64,000 nucleotides of DNA from Candidatus Thalassarchaeaceae archaeon (GTDB lineage Archaea; Thermoplasmatota; Poseidoniia; Poseidoniales; Thalassarchaeaceae). The notes beneath the pieces were generated by a model that was not told the origin of the DNA, searched no databases, and saw nothing but the letters and a program-made list of their open reading frames with translations. The stretch lies in NCBI GenBank assembly GCA_030751995.1, contig JASMFB010000001.1, positions 122 to 64,121 of the forward strand, in the 5' to 3' direction. The position numbers and the translations under genes are program-made. Shown one piece after another: positions 1 through 8,411 of the stretch; within the stretch, counting starts at the first letter, position 1; each line of letters opens with the position of its first letter.

Positions 1-801
1 AGGGGAATTGACCGCCATGGAACCATGATGGCTGGCATTCTTGTATCACACGGACAATATCCAGGCGCAGCTCCCAACGTTGGATTGGTAGTTGCAGCAG
101 CATTGAATTCCGAAGGTACCACTCAGTCTGAATCCACCGTTTCGGATGCCATTGAATGGTGTTGGGATGACATGGGCGTCGACATCATCTCTCTTTCATT
201 GGGGGGTGACCCCGATCCAGAAAACCCACTTGGGTCTCAAACAGCAGATGCGGTGAGTGATGCTCTAGATCACGGTGTTTTTGTTGTAGCAGCAGCGGGA
301 AATTCAGGTGGAGCTGGCACAGGAGTTACCGATGTATCGGTGCCAGCCAATGTCGACGGAGTCATTGCAGTAGGTGCAGTGGATAACGAGGGCTCGTTAT
401 GGGAGCGTACGGCAACTGGATCTAATACTGAAGGTGCAGATGGTAATTTGCGTGTAGAACCGAACCAGAAACCAGAGGTTTCAGCACCCGGTGTAGGAAT
501 CATATCAACATCAGATCCGGATTTATCAATACCATATTCAGCCAGTAGTGGAACTAGTGATGCCACTGTATTTGTGACGGGTGCTTTGGCGTTGATTCTT
601 GAGCGCCATGGAGATGCCCTCCCGAGTAGCAATTCAACACGAGCAGGAATCACTCTGGTAAAACAAGCATTAGCCGACTCGTGTCAACCCCACGCCCTTC
701 AGGGAGAAAACCATCACCCTAGATGGGGGTATGGAATCCTTGATGCCATTGCATGGGAGCGCGCAGTTGCCGATAGAATAGCATCTCAGGGCGATACTTA
801 A
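1..801 (+). CDS. Peptidase S8 (subtilisin-like) family protein, 5'-truncated at the window edge
   Basis: The reading frame is open to position 1. The His-motif remnant (DRHGTMMAG), Asn oxyanion region (VVAAAGNSGG) and Ser motif (SGTSDATVFVTGALAL) are present; the Asp motif must lie upstream of the window. Confidence 0.75.
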   Translation, partial: RGIDRHGTMMAGILVSHGQYPGAAPNVGLVVAAALNSEGTTQSESTVSDAIEWCWDDMGVDIISLSLGGDPDPENPLGSQTADAVSDALDHGVFVVAAAGNSGGAGTGVTDVSVPANVDGVIAVGAVDNEGSLWERTATGSNTEGADGNLRVEPNQKPEVSAPGVGIISTSDPDLSIPYSASSGTSDATVFVTGALALILERHGDALPSSNSTRAGITLVKQALADSCQPHALQGENHHPRWGYGILDAIAWERAVADRIASQGDT

Positions 802-811
802 GTTAACTTTT

Positions 812-860
812 GATACTAATAGATGATATTATTAATTTAATATGATATTATAATGGTGGA
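812..860 (+). promoter_or_regulatory. AT-rich TATA-like region upstream of the giant beta-helix protein gene
   Basis: The sequence atattattaatttaatatgatattataatgg lies about 75-120 nt before ATG 935, and the surrounding coding DNA is about 50% GC. A direct repeat cttgcaact occurs twice (896-904 and 913-921) in the leader. Confidence 0.3.
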
Positions 861-934
861 AAACGGGCTGCCGCGGCGTCGTGGCTGTTATAGCCCTTGC
901 AACTGTCCCAGACTTGCAACTTGGAGTGACACCC

Positions 935-3900
935 ATGAAAGAGACCCACCGAAATAAGAGCCTATTTTTGTCATTCTTGATGCTCACAAGCGTCATGATT
1001 GGCATGGTTGGAATGATTCCCACAGCCGTGGCGACCAACGAGACATCGAACGGAACGGTTACAGGCACCGAAGTCTGGTCCGGCACACACACGTTGACTG
1101 GAGACGTCATCGTTGCGACCGGCGCCAACTTGATTGTGCAACCTGGGACAACCGTCACTATCCCCAATGGGACATTCATAGATGTCCGTGGTGGATTGTG
1201 TGCAGGCGATGTTGCCTGCGGCGCGAATGGCATGGCGAGCAACAGCTCTCGTATCACATTCAATTGGCAGGATCCAGCAAACGCATCTGCTACTGGCAAT
1301 TGTTACGGTATCTTCAGTGGAAATCACTGGAACCGGGATCCTTCCTGCCACGAAGGCATCCTTCTACGCAGCACGGTCGACATCGGTGCTACCAAACTGA
1401 AATTCGTATCCATTACTAATGCGTACGGCATTCCGCGTTGGGTGTCTGAGATCTCAGAAGTTCGATATGGTGCAATTGTCGCAGAGGGTGCTAGCCCCAC
1501 AATGACCGAATTGAAATTCGAAGGAATCAATACAACCAGTCTACTCATTCTAGACCTGGCCCGTCCAGACATCGTCGGTGGGGAATTCACAGTGGGTGAT
1601 GACGCAACTTCATTGATTGGTTCGGCCATCCAAGCATATGGTGCAGGAAGTCCGATTCAACCCCTCTCCATTCTGTCGCCTGTATTCACGGGCACGGACA
1701 AGGGATGTGGGCAAAGTGACGACGGTCGTCACGTTCTCTGGGTCGAGGAATCCTATGTCGACATTCAGTATGCTGTGATAACAAACGGAGATTACGGAAT
1801 CCGCTTGGATGATTCTGCAGGCCATGTCAACTCGTCAACGATTGACACCACGTGCAACGGTATCGACGTCAACAACAAGAAAACAGCTGGAAACAACGCC
1901 GCCTACAAATTGTCCGTAAACAACAACAAGATTACTACTGCCGATCGCAGCCCATTAACGGCTTTCAATTTCGCATGGGTAGACTTCAACAACAACGTCA
2001 TAGATGGAGCTGGAGAAGGTTCTGGAGTTCAGATTTCCAAGAGCCAAGTCAACATCAATGGCGGTACGATTGGACCGATTGGCGGCTGGAATGGTATCTG
2101 GTCTATCGGTGAAAGTGATGTTCGTATTGAGAATGTGACCATTGAAGGTACTGCGAAGGAACCCATTGTTGCAGGCGAATATCACTTCGGTGACAGCGGA
2201 TGGACGGTCCCCTCACCTTCTGAGAATAGAATGTATGTAGCCAATTCAATCATCGACAGTAATGGCGGCGAATGCACCAGTTTGAAGGCATGGGGTGGAG
2301 ATTTCCCTTGTCCTGCAGTACACGCCTTCCGTTCCTCACTGACCCTGTTGAACAACGACATCAACATAGGCGGAGAAGGTGATGGCATTCGAGCCATCGG
2401 TGCTTTGCTCGACATTAGAAACAATGTCATCAATTCGACTGGTACAGGTGCTATGATCAAGCACCACAATACCAATTATGCCGGCGATTCCCAGTATGGG
2501 ACCCTCGGATTCTTCTCAGGGAATACCTGGTCGGGTGTTGGACAGACGTACAATGTGACAAAGAGCAGCATCACCGTTCAATCTGAGAACATCCCAATCC
2601 CCAACCAAGGCGCTAATACGACCAATCCAGTAACTCTCTCGTGGCCTGACGTTGAAGCAGCAGAGTGGACCAATTGGGACGGTCAAGTGTTGGTTCCAAC
2701 TTGTAGTGTATGGCCCCCTCAGAATTTCCCACTAACTATGGATATGACTAACAATTCAACAGTGTTTACATATTCAAATTTGACAGGATTGGACACATCA
2801 AACATCTACATCGACACTTCACCCATCAAATGGGCTGTGCAGATTCGAAAGGCAGAGATTGTCAAGTTCCGAACCATAGTTGAAGGTGTACGTGTCGGCG
2901 GCTCCACCGTGTTAATCGAAGACAGTCATGGCACTGATTTGTACAGTCTGACAACGGACAGCCAAGGATGGACCCCTGAAGTCTCTCTTGCCAGCGATTT
3001 CCATCTCGACATGACAGGTGGAGGCCCCGGTGGCATCCACCCAGATCGATATGCTGATGATGATGGTGAGAATTCCTGTAGTGATGGTATGGATAATGAC
3101 GGGGACCTCATCTACGATGGTGATGACCCCGATTGCCAAGCTGGATCCAGCAGCCGCGAAATGTCGTTGTACTACGTATCTGCATACAAGTTTGGAAAGG
3201 GCTACAAGAAATACAGCCTAACTATGACCAGCCAGACAGGCGTGTTGTCTGAGATTGTATCACTGGAAAATCTCGAACCAAGCATCACAGTGAGTCAGAA
3301 CGATGGACATTCTTTCAAGCGCTCCGTGAACTTCACAGGAACCGCACATGATGGCACATGGGCTGGAATTTATGCTTCGGACGAATTGGCTCGCTGGGAC
3401 CAACAGGGCGCAGTCGAGCAGGTTCAGGTCAAGGACCCCTTCACCAGCGATTGGATTGACATGCGACTAGCAGTTGACAATAGCAATTCTGATGGCGAAG
3501 TGACTTACAACAACCATCCTTTCAGTCACTGGTACTTTGAGTATGACATGAGCGATCAGCCCGAAGGCGACTATACCTTCGAATTCCGTTCATTTGACGG
3601 AGTTACAGAATCACAAATCGTCACAAGGACAGTGAAACTGAATACTGAACCACCCACCATTTGGGTCGATGGTCCAGCATCTGGAACCGTGATTGATGAT
3701 GGAATTGTTCACTTCATTGGTCGCGCTTCCGATGCCTACAGCGGCATTTTCGGCAGTGACATCCAGCGAATCTGGTTTGAAGTCGATGGACCTATCAATG
3801 CCAATGGAGAGCCATACTACAACAAGTTCGACAAACCAGGTGGTACCGCTTGGTCTGCTGATTGGACCGTTGGACACCTTCTTTCAGGAACATACACCGT

Positions 3901-5323
3901 GAACGTTTGGGCCAGTGATTCGGCTTTCTGCACGAATTCTGCCGATGAATGTACACCGGTAGAATTGATACTTGAGGTAGACAATGACAACGCAATACCT
4001 GTTGTTCAACTTCTAACTCCGTTCGATTTACAGACGATTACCGCCAGTGAAGATACTCTACTGAGTGGCGTCGCGCGCGATACGGATGGAACGGTCACAA
4101 AGGTAGAGATTGTAATCAAGGATCCTCAGGCAGGTTTCCTTGAAATGCCTGAAGGTCCACATTCATTGGTGCAGAATATTGCAGCGAATGGTGGATGGGC
4201 GACCTCATGGGATACGACAAATCTAGTCCACAATTACCACTACATCATCGAAGTCCGTTCTTTTGACGGATTCCAGTACAGTGAGGCTGCGTCGATTGAA
4301 ATCATCATCGACAACCCCCCAAACCAAGACAACACCCGGCCCGCATTCAATTCGACATCGTGGCCAGATTCGGCGACCATCTTCTGCGAAGAGACTGGAG
4401 CCTCACAGAATCGATGTGGCAATGGCTATTTCATCGATCTGACTCAATTCTTCTCTGATGTAGATGAAGGAGATAGCCTGTCTTACTACGTATATGACAA
4501 CCCTGAAATGTTTGAGGATGATTACCATGCCGAGGTCGTCTTAATCAGCGGAGATGGAATTGCCAATTACAACCCAATGTCCATGTCGTTTTATGAACCT
4601 GATATGGCCGATTGGTCCCTAGAAGCAGTCATCTTCGAAGTTCGGGATAATGCCGATAGCAGAGTGTACTCTGCCTCCCTCGATTTAGATGTCGTCGGTG
4701 TATCGTTTACCTCGGAATGTGACGGAATCATGGTTGGTGGCGAAGAATTCGTCGAGGGATGTGATGGCCAGATTAGCCAATCTGATACCCTGATCTACCG
4801 CGGGAACGGACGACCCACAGTCAGTGTGATTGGGGAGACAGGAGCCGGTCTGCGTCTTGGCAGCACTGCTGTTGGTGATGATGGCATGTGGATGATGGAG
4901 ATACCCGGCAATCGTCTGGACAAAGGCAGCAACACAGTCGTATTCGAATATGGTAGCATTGGGCAACCACTGAATGAGGACTCGGAAATCGTTGTAGAAG
5001 GCGGTCTTGATGAGGGTTCAGGCATATTCATGTGGATTCTGATGGTTGTTGCTGCTCTAGTTGTTCTCGGAGTATTGGGTGCAGTATTCGTCTTCTTCTT
5101 CGTGGAATTCGAAGATGATTATGACGAGGACCTAGATGAGGCTTCGGCCGAAGAGGTCGATCCGTATGCTTGGGCCAAGGAACGACAGCAACAGGATGCC
5201 GCCGCCGAAGTCGAACAGGTGGCTCAGCCCGCCGTTCAACAGGAAGCAACTCCAGCTGTATCTGGCTACCCTGGTTGGAAGTGGGACGCAGAGCAGAACA
5301 AGTGGATTCCAGACAATGAGTGA
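935..5323 (+). CDS. Giant secreted, membrane-anchored surface protein with right-handed parallel beta-helix repeats, Asp-rich Ca-binding segments, and a C-terminal TM helix plus acidic/Gln-rich tail
   Basis: The ORF runs 881..5323 from a GTG; ATG 935 gives MKETHRNKSLFLSFLMLTSVMIGMVGMIPTAVA, a signal peptide. Repeated NNNVI/NGG beta-helix-like segments are present, along with CSDGMDNDGDLIYDGDDPDC. The C-terminal hydrophobic helix is IFMWILMVVAALVVLGVLGAVFVFFFV and the tail ends ...GYPGWKWDAEQNKWIPDNE. Confidence 0.8.
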   Translation: MKETHRNKSLFLSFLMLTSVMIGMVGMIPTAVATNETSNGTVTGTEVWSGTHTLTGDVIVATGANLIVQPGTTVTIPNGTFIDVRGGLCAGDVACGANGMASNSSRITFNWQDPANASATGNCYGIFSGNHWNRDPSCHEGILLRSTVDIGATKLKFVSITNAYGIPRWVSEISEVRYGAIVAEGASPTMTELKFEGINTTSLLILDLARPDIVGGEFTVGDDATSLIGSAIQAYGAGSPIQPLSILSPVFTGTDKGCGQSDDGRHVLWVEESYVDIQYAVITNGDYGIRLDDSAGHVNSSTIDTTCNGIDVNNKKTAGNNAAYKLSVNNNKITTADRSPLTAFNFAWVDFNNNVIDGAGEGSGVQISKSQVNINGGTIGPIGGWNGIWSIGESDVRIENVTIEGTAKEPIVAGEYHFGDSGWTVPSPSENRMYVANSIIDSNGGECTSLKAWGGDFPCPAVHAFRSSLTLLNNDINIGGEGDGIRAIGALLDIRNNVINSTGTGAMIKHHNTNYAGDSQYGTLGFFSGNTWSGVGQTYNVTKSSITVQSENIPIPNQGANTTNPVTLSWPDVEAAEWTNWDGQVLVPTCSVWPPQNFPLTMDMTNNSTVFTYSNLTGLDTSNIYIDTSPIKWAVQIRKAEIVKFRTIVEGVRVGGSTVLIEDSHGTDLYSLTTDSQGWTPEVSLASDFHLDMTGGGPGGIHPDRYADDDGENSCSDGMDNDGDLIYDGDDPDCQAGSSSREMSLYYVSAYKFGKGYKKYSLTMTSQTGVLSEIVSLENLEPSITVSQNDGHSFKRSVNFTGTAHDGTWAGIYASDELARWDQQGAVEQVQVKDPFTSDWIDMRLAVDNSNSDGEVTYNNHPFSHWYFEYDMSDQPEGDYTFEFRSFDGVTESQIVTRTVKLNTEPPTIWVDGPASGTVIDDGIVHFIGRASDAYSGIFGSDIQRIWFEVDGPINANGEPYYNKFDKPGGTAWSADWTVGHLLSGTYTVNVWASDSAFCTNSADECTPVELILEVDNDNAIPVVQLLTPFDLQTITASEDTLLSGVARDTDGTVTKVEIVIKDPQAGFLEMPEGPHSLVQNIAANGGWATSWDTTNLVHNYHYIIEVRSFDGFQYSEAASIEIIIDNPPNQDNTRPAFNSTSWPDSATIFCEETGASQNRCGNGYFIDLTQFFSDVDEGDSLSYYVYDNPEMFEDDYHAEVVLISGDGIANYNPMSMSFYEPDMADWSLEAVIFEVRDNADSRVYSASLDLDVVGVSFTSECDGIMVGGEEFVEGCDGQISQSDTLIYRGNGRPTVSVIGETGAGLRLGSTAVGDDGMWMMEIPGNRLDKGSNTVVFEYGSIGQPLNEDSEIVVEGGLDEGSGIFMWILMVVAALVVLGVLGAVFVFFFVEFEDDYDEDLDEASAEEVDPYAWAKERQQQDAAAEVEQVAQPAVQQEATPAVSGYPGWKWDAEQNKWIPDNE

Positions 5324-5418
5324 TGGGGAACACGCTCGACTTGGTCATTGGGTCAGGTTGGGAGTGTTCACATCAGTATCAAAAAGGGATGCGTGACAAT
5401 TGATATGGAGTGGTCAGC

Positions 5419-7941
5419 ATGAGTCATCCAAGACCCGGAGTTCAGGAACGCATCATGCTGCATCTCCGTGACTATGCGGATTACACCGATTCCGTAGAGG
5501 TCCCCTTTGCACTTTCACAGATGGGAATCGCCAATGCAGTTGCCATTGCGCGTAGCAATGTACCTCGTGCAATTGCCGGATTGAAGGATGCAAATCATTT
5601 GATTGAACGCCAAGCCCACGTTGCGGGAGTCAGTCGGAAACGGAAGGCGTATTTCCTAACTGATTCGGGCATGGTGCAGGCAGAAGAAACATGGAAGCGT
5701 CTTTCTGAACACCCGATTCGGCTTGTCGACAAAGATGGCGTTACTCACACAACTACACTGGCCGGTTCAATCGACATTGCAACATTCCCTCTTAGGGCAG
5801 TTGATGTTCTTCGATACATGGACGATTTGGGGATGCTGGATTTACGTACATTGAACGAAGAATTGATTCAGCGCGATCTAGACAAGCACGTCGAGAAACA
5901 ACTCGTCACATCTTTGGGTGATTTACCTCGCACTCGCGCCTTCTTTGGGCGTGAAACTGAACTGGATAATATCTGTGCACTTATCGATGCGCGCTCCTCC
6001 TGTCTATTGGTCCCAGGAATTGCTGGCATCGGAAAAACCGCTCTCGCGGGGAAGGTCATTGAGCAATACACACATCGCCGTAATCTGCTCTATCACCGTT
6101 GCCAGGATTGGGAGGGTAGTCGTGCCTTCTTGGAGGCATGTGCTGAATGGTTATCGACTATCGGTGATGATGATTTATCTGACTATATCCACGCCACAGC
6201 AGTCCCACAATCCTCTGTGGCTGTCAATCTCATCATCGGCGCAATGGAAGAAATTCCATCACTAATCGTCATCGACGACTTGCACAAGGTGAATGATGAC
6301 GCACTGTTCGCCATTATTCGTGGTTTATCACAGCGCATGGAGGATGTCCAAGAATGTGGTTTGGTTATGTTCAGTCGTTCATTCCGCGCAGTTGTCCCTC
6401 TGAAGGATGCAGAAGGCAACATCTCGGCTCTGGTACTGCCATTGGAAGGTTTGGACCAATCCGCAAGTCGTCATATTCTCACATCGATGCCTGACATCGA
6501 TATGTCAGCATTCCTTCACATCTACACACTCTCTAGGGGGCACCCCCTCATTCTCCAACTAATCAATCGCGGTTCGGTGGGTTCAACCTTCCACGACTCA
6601 TTGGAAACCTTCGTTGACGAAGAGATTTTCAGTAGACTTTCTGGTGCTGAAAAGCGTGTACTCGGTGCCATTGCTATCTACCGCGAGCCGATGCCATTGG
6701 AGGCACTTTCCAATCATGAGATTGAGACGGATTTACTCGGCGACCTCGTAGAAAAGGGATTGGCACGCCAAGTAGATAGCGAAAATTATGACGTTCACGA
6801 TTTGGTTCGCGAATTCTTGCTTCGAACCTTCGATTCTACAACCGCAACAGATCTACATGGAGCAGCATGCAATTGGTATCGCGGACGCCGCGATGCACCA
6901 GAACAACAGTTGGAATATATCTACCATCTTGTGAATTCTGGCGATACAGATTCATTGGGGGAAGTTCTCGATGAAAACGGTCGCTCTCTGGTACGCAGTG
7001 GCCACATGGAATTGTTGCCACTTCTATTGGAACTTGATGATTCGCAATTTGAACCGAGTACATGGGCCACGGTCCTTGAGATGCGCGGCGACATTCTATC
7101 CCTCCAGGGCCGATGGGATGATGCTGAAGCTGAATACGAAGCGGCCCTACCGTTGGTAGAGAAACAGAAAATGCGCGAAATGCAGGGGCGATTATTGTCC
7201 AGCAAAGCGGATTTGGCATTACAGCGTGGGGAATCCGATGCCGCGTTAGAGTTGCATCGCCAAGCCCTTGAACTATTCATTGGTACTGGTGATGCCAAAG
7301 GTGCAGCTCGTACGTACAACAACATGGGGTACATTTTCCGTCATCGCAAGGATACTAAACGTGCTCTCGAGGTCTATGGCAACGTCGAGGAACTGCTTGA
7401 AGCGGAAGCGGATCCCGAACTTCTTGAAGTCAAAATCAAGTTGGCATCAGCACTTCTAGAAATGGGGGAGATTGACCGTGCACGTGAACATGCTTTGTCA
7501 TCATACGAGGAAACCGAGAATTCAGAGAACGTCGGACTCCATGCCCGTGCGCGCGCCGTACTTGGCCGATTTTATGCCCGAACAGGTGATGCGGATCTCG
7601 CCCTTCACCATTATTCTGAAGCTTTGGAACAGATGGCAGAAGAGACCGATCAACGCAGCGCCGTTGAAATTACTATTCTGTTGGGTGAGGCGCTTTCCGA
7701 TGCTGGTCGTGCCGAAGAGGCAGTCGAGCATTATCTGGATGGTTTGGCCATGGCTGAAGCCAACGATTTCCGTCCACTCATAGGGGAATTGTTGGCACGC
7801 CTAGGTGAGGCGGCCCCGGAGAAGTCTGAACGAATGAACTATCTTCAACGCGCCTTGACAGTTTTCCGTGAACTTGGTGCGGGCGCCCGCATGCGCGAGG
7901 TCCAAGGCCAGATGCATCGCGCCATCATGGGTAGCCATTAG
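5419..7941 (+). CDS. STAND-class NTPase: N-terminal winged HTH, AAA+/NB-ARC-like ATPase with Walker A, Walker B and a GxP motif, and a C-terminal TPR array
   Basis: Walker A is LLVPGIAGIGKTALAGKV, Walker B is LIVIDDLHKV, and the GxP motif is LSRGHPLILQLI. The C-terminal 350 aa have a TPR-like periodicity (ALPLVEKQ..., AARTYNNMGYIF..., YSEALEQ...). ATG at 5419; the ORF track starts at GTG 5410. Confidence 0.8.
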   Translation: MSHPRPGVQERIMLHLRDYADYTDSVEVPFALSQMGIANAVAIARSNVPRAIAGLKDANHLIERQAHVAGVSRKRKAYFLTDSGMVQAEETWKRLSEHPIRLVDKDGVTHTTTLAGSIDIATFPLRAVDVLRYMDDLGMLDLRTLNEELIQRDLDKHVEKQLVTSLGDLPRTRAFFGRETELDNICALIDARSSCLLVPGIAGIGKTALAGKVIEQYTHRRNLLYHRCQDWEGSRAFLEACAEWLSTIGDDDLSDYIHATAVPQSSVAVNLIIGAMEEIPSLIVIDDLHKVNDDALFAIIRGLSQRMEDVQECGLVMFSRSFRAVVPLKDAEGNISALVLPLEGLDQSASRHILTSMPDIDMSAFLHIYTLSRGHPLILQLINRGSVGSTFHDSLETFVDEEIFSRLSGAEKRVLGAIAIYREPMPLEALSNHEIETDLLGDLVEKGLARQVDSENYDVHDLVREFLLRTFDSTTATDLHGAACNWYRGRRDAPEQQLEYIYHLVNSGDTDSLGEVLDENGRSLVRSGHMELLPLLLELDDSQFEPSTWATVLEMRGDILSLQGRWDDAEAEYEAALPLVEKQKMREMQGRLLSSKADLALQRGESDAALELHRQALELFIGTGDAKGAARTYNNMGYIFRHRKDTKRALEVYGNVEELLEAEADPELLEVKIKLASALLEMGEIDRAREHALSSYEETENSENVGLHARARAVLGRFYARTGDADLALHHYSEALEQMAEETDQRSAVEITILLGEALSDAGRAEEAVEHYLDGLAMAEANDFRPLIGELLARLGEAAPEKSERMNYLQRALTVFRELGAGARMREVQGQMHRAIMGSH

Positions 7942-8411
7942 AATCCAGGTTGATCAACTTGGATTGTCACTTGGCCCGAATCCAAAACCACCCAGATTGT
8001 TTCTACACCTGCGAGATTGACAACTCCTGAATGATTCGTCGCTGCAGCTCCAGAGATTGGTTGACTAGTACGGTATACCTGTTCTCCGTCTGAAAGATGT
8101 ACAGCATCATCGGTCAACCACATCTCAAGATTGAGTCCGAACGCCGTTGACAAATGCAGTTCTACAGGTTCAGCATACCGCGCATCTCCATCCAATCGTG
8201 CGGCTTCATCAGCTCTTTCAACAGCCGCACCCACCGATAGAAGATTTTCTTCCAATGCCTCTTCAGTCCAGCGATTCTGTGTAGAGACTTCAAGATCCCA
8301 TACCCAGATTGAAAATGCAGAGAGAAACATGAGTCCAAGCAAGAATGTGAATACATAACCAATTTCCGTGGCTGCCGCTGACTCGTCATCAACAAATTTG
8401 CGCGCCATCAT
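7938..8411 (-). CDS. Small archaeal type IV pilin-like protein (class III signal peptide-like N-terminus), paralogous to the two upstream genes
   Basis: The N-terminus DDESAAATEIGYVFTFLLGLMFLSAF aligns with the N-termini of the 766-aa and 344-aa proteins. Its start overlaps the upstream gene by 1 nt. Confidence 0.55.
   Translation of the reverse strand: MMARKFVDDESAAATEIGYVFTFLLGLMFLSAFSIWVWDLEVSTQNRWTEEALEENLLSVGAAVERADEAARLDGDARYAEPVELHLSTAFGLNLEMWLTDDAVHLSDGEQVYRTSQPISGAAATNHSGVVNLAGVETIWVVLDSGQVTIQVDQPGF

Noticed and set aside
270-1351. Antisense and overlapping ORFs (270..653 -, 832..1299 -, 971..1351 -, and the many 60-170 aa ORFs nested inside or opposite the giant genes throughout the window)
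   Set aside because: They lie wholly inside longer ORFs that carry recognisable domains and signal peptides. These long GC-balanced genes generate many spurious antisense frames, and none has an independent motif.
5419-7941. STAND NTPase as an Avs-type antiviral defence protein
   Set aside because: Its N-terminus is a winged-helix DNA-binding domain rather than a nuclease, protease or other effector. A regulator role is more parsimonious, though this is not excluded.
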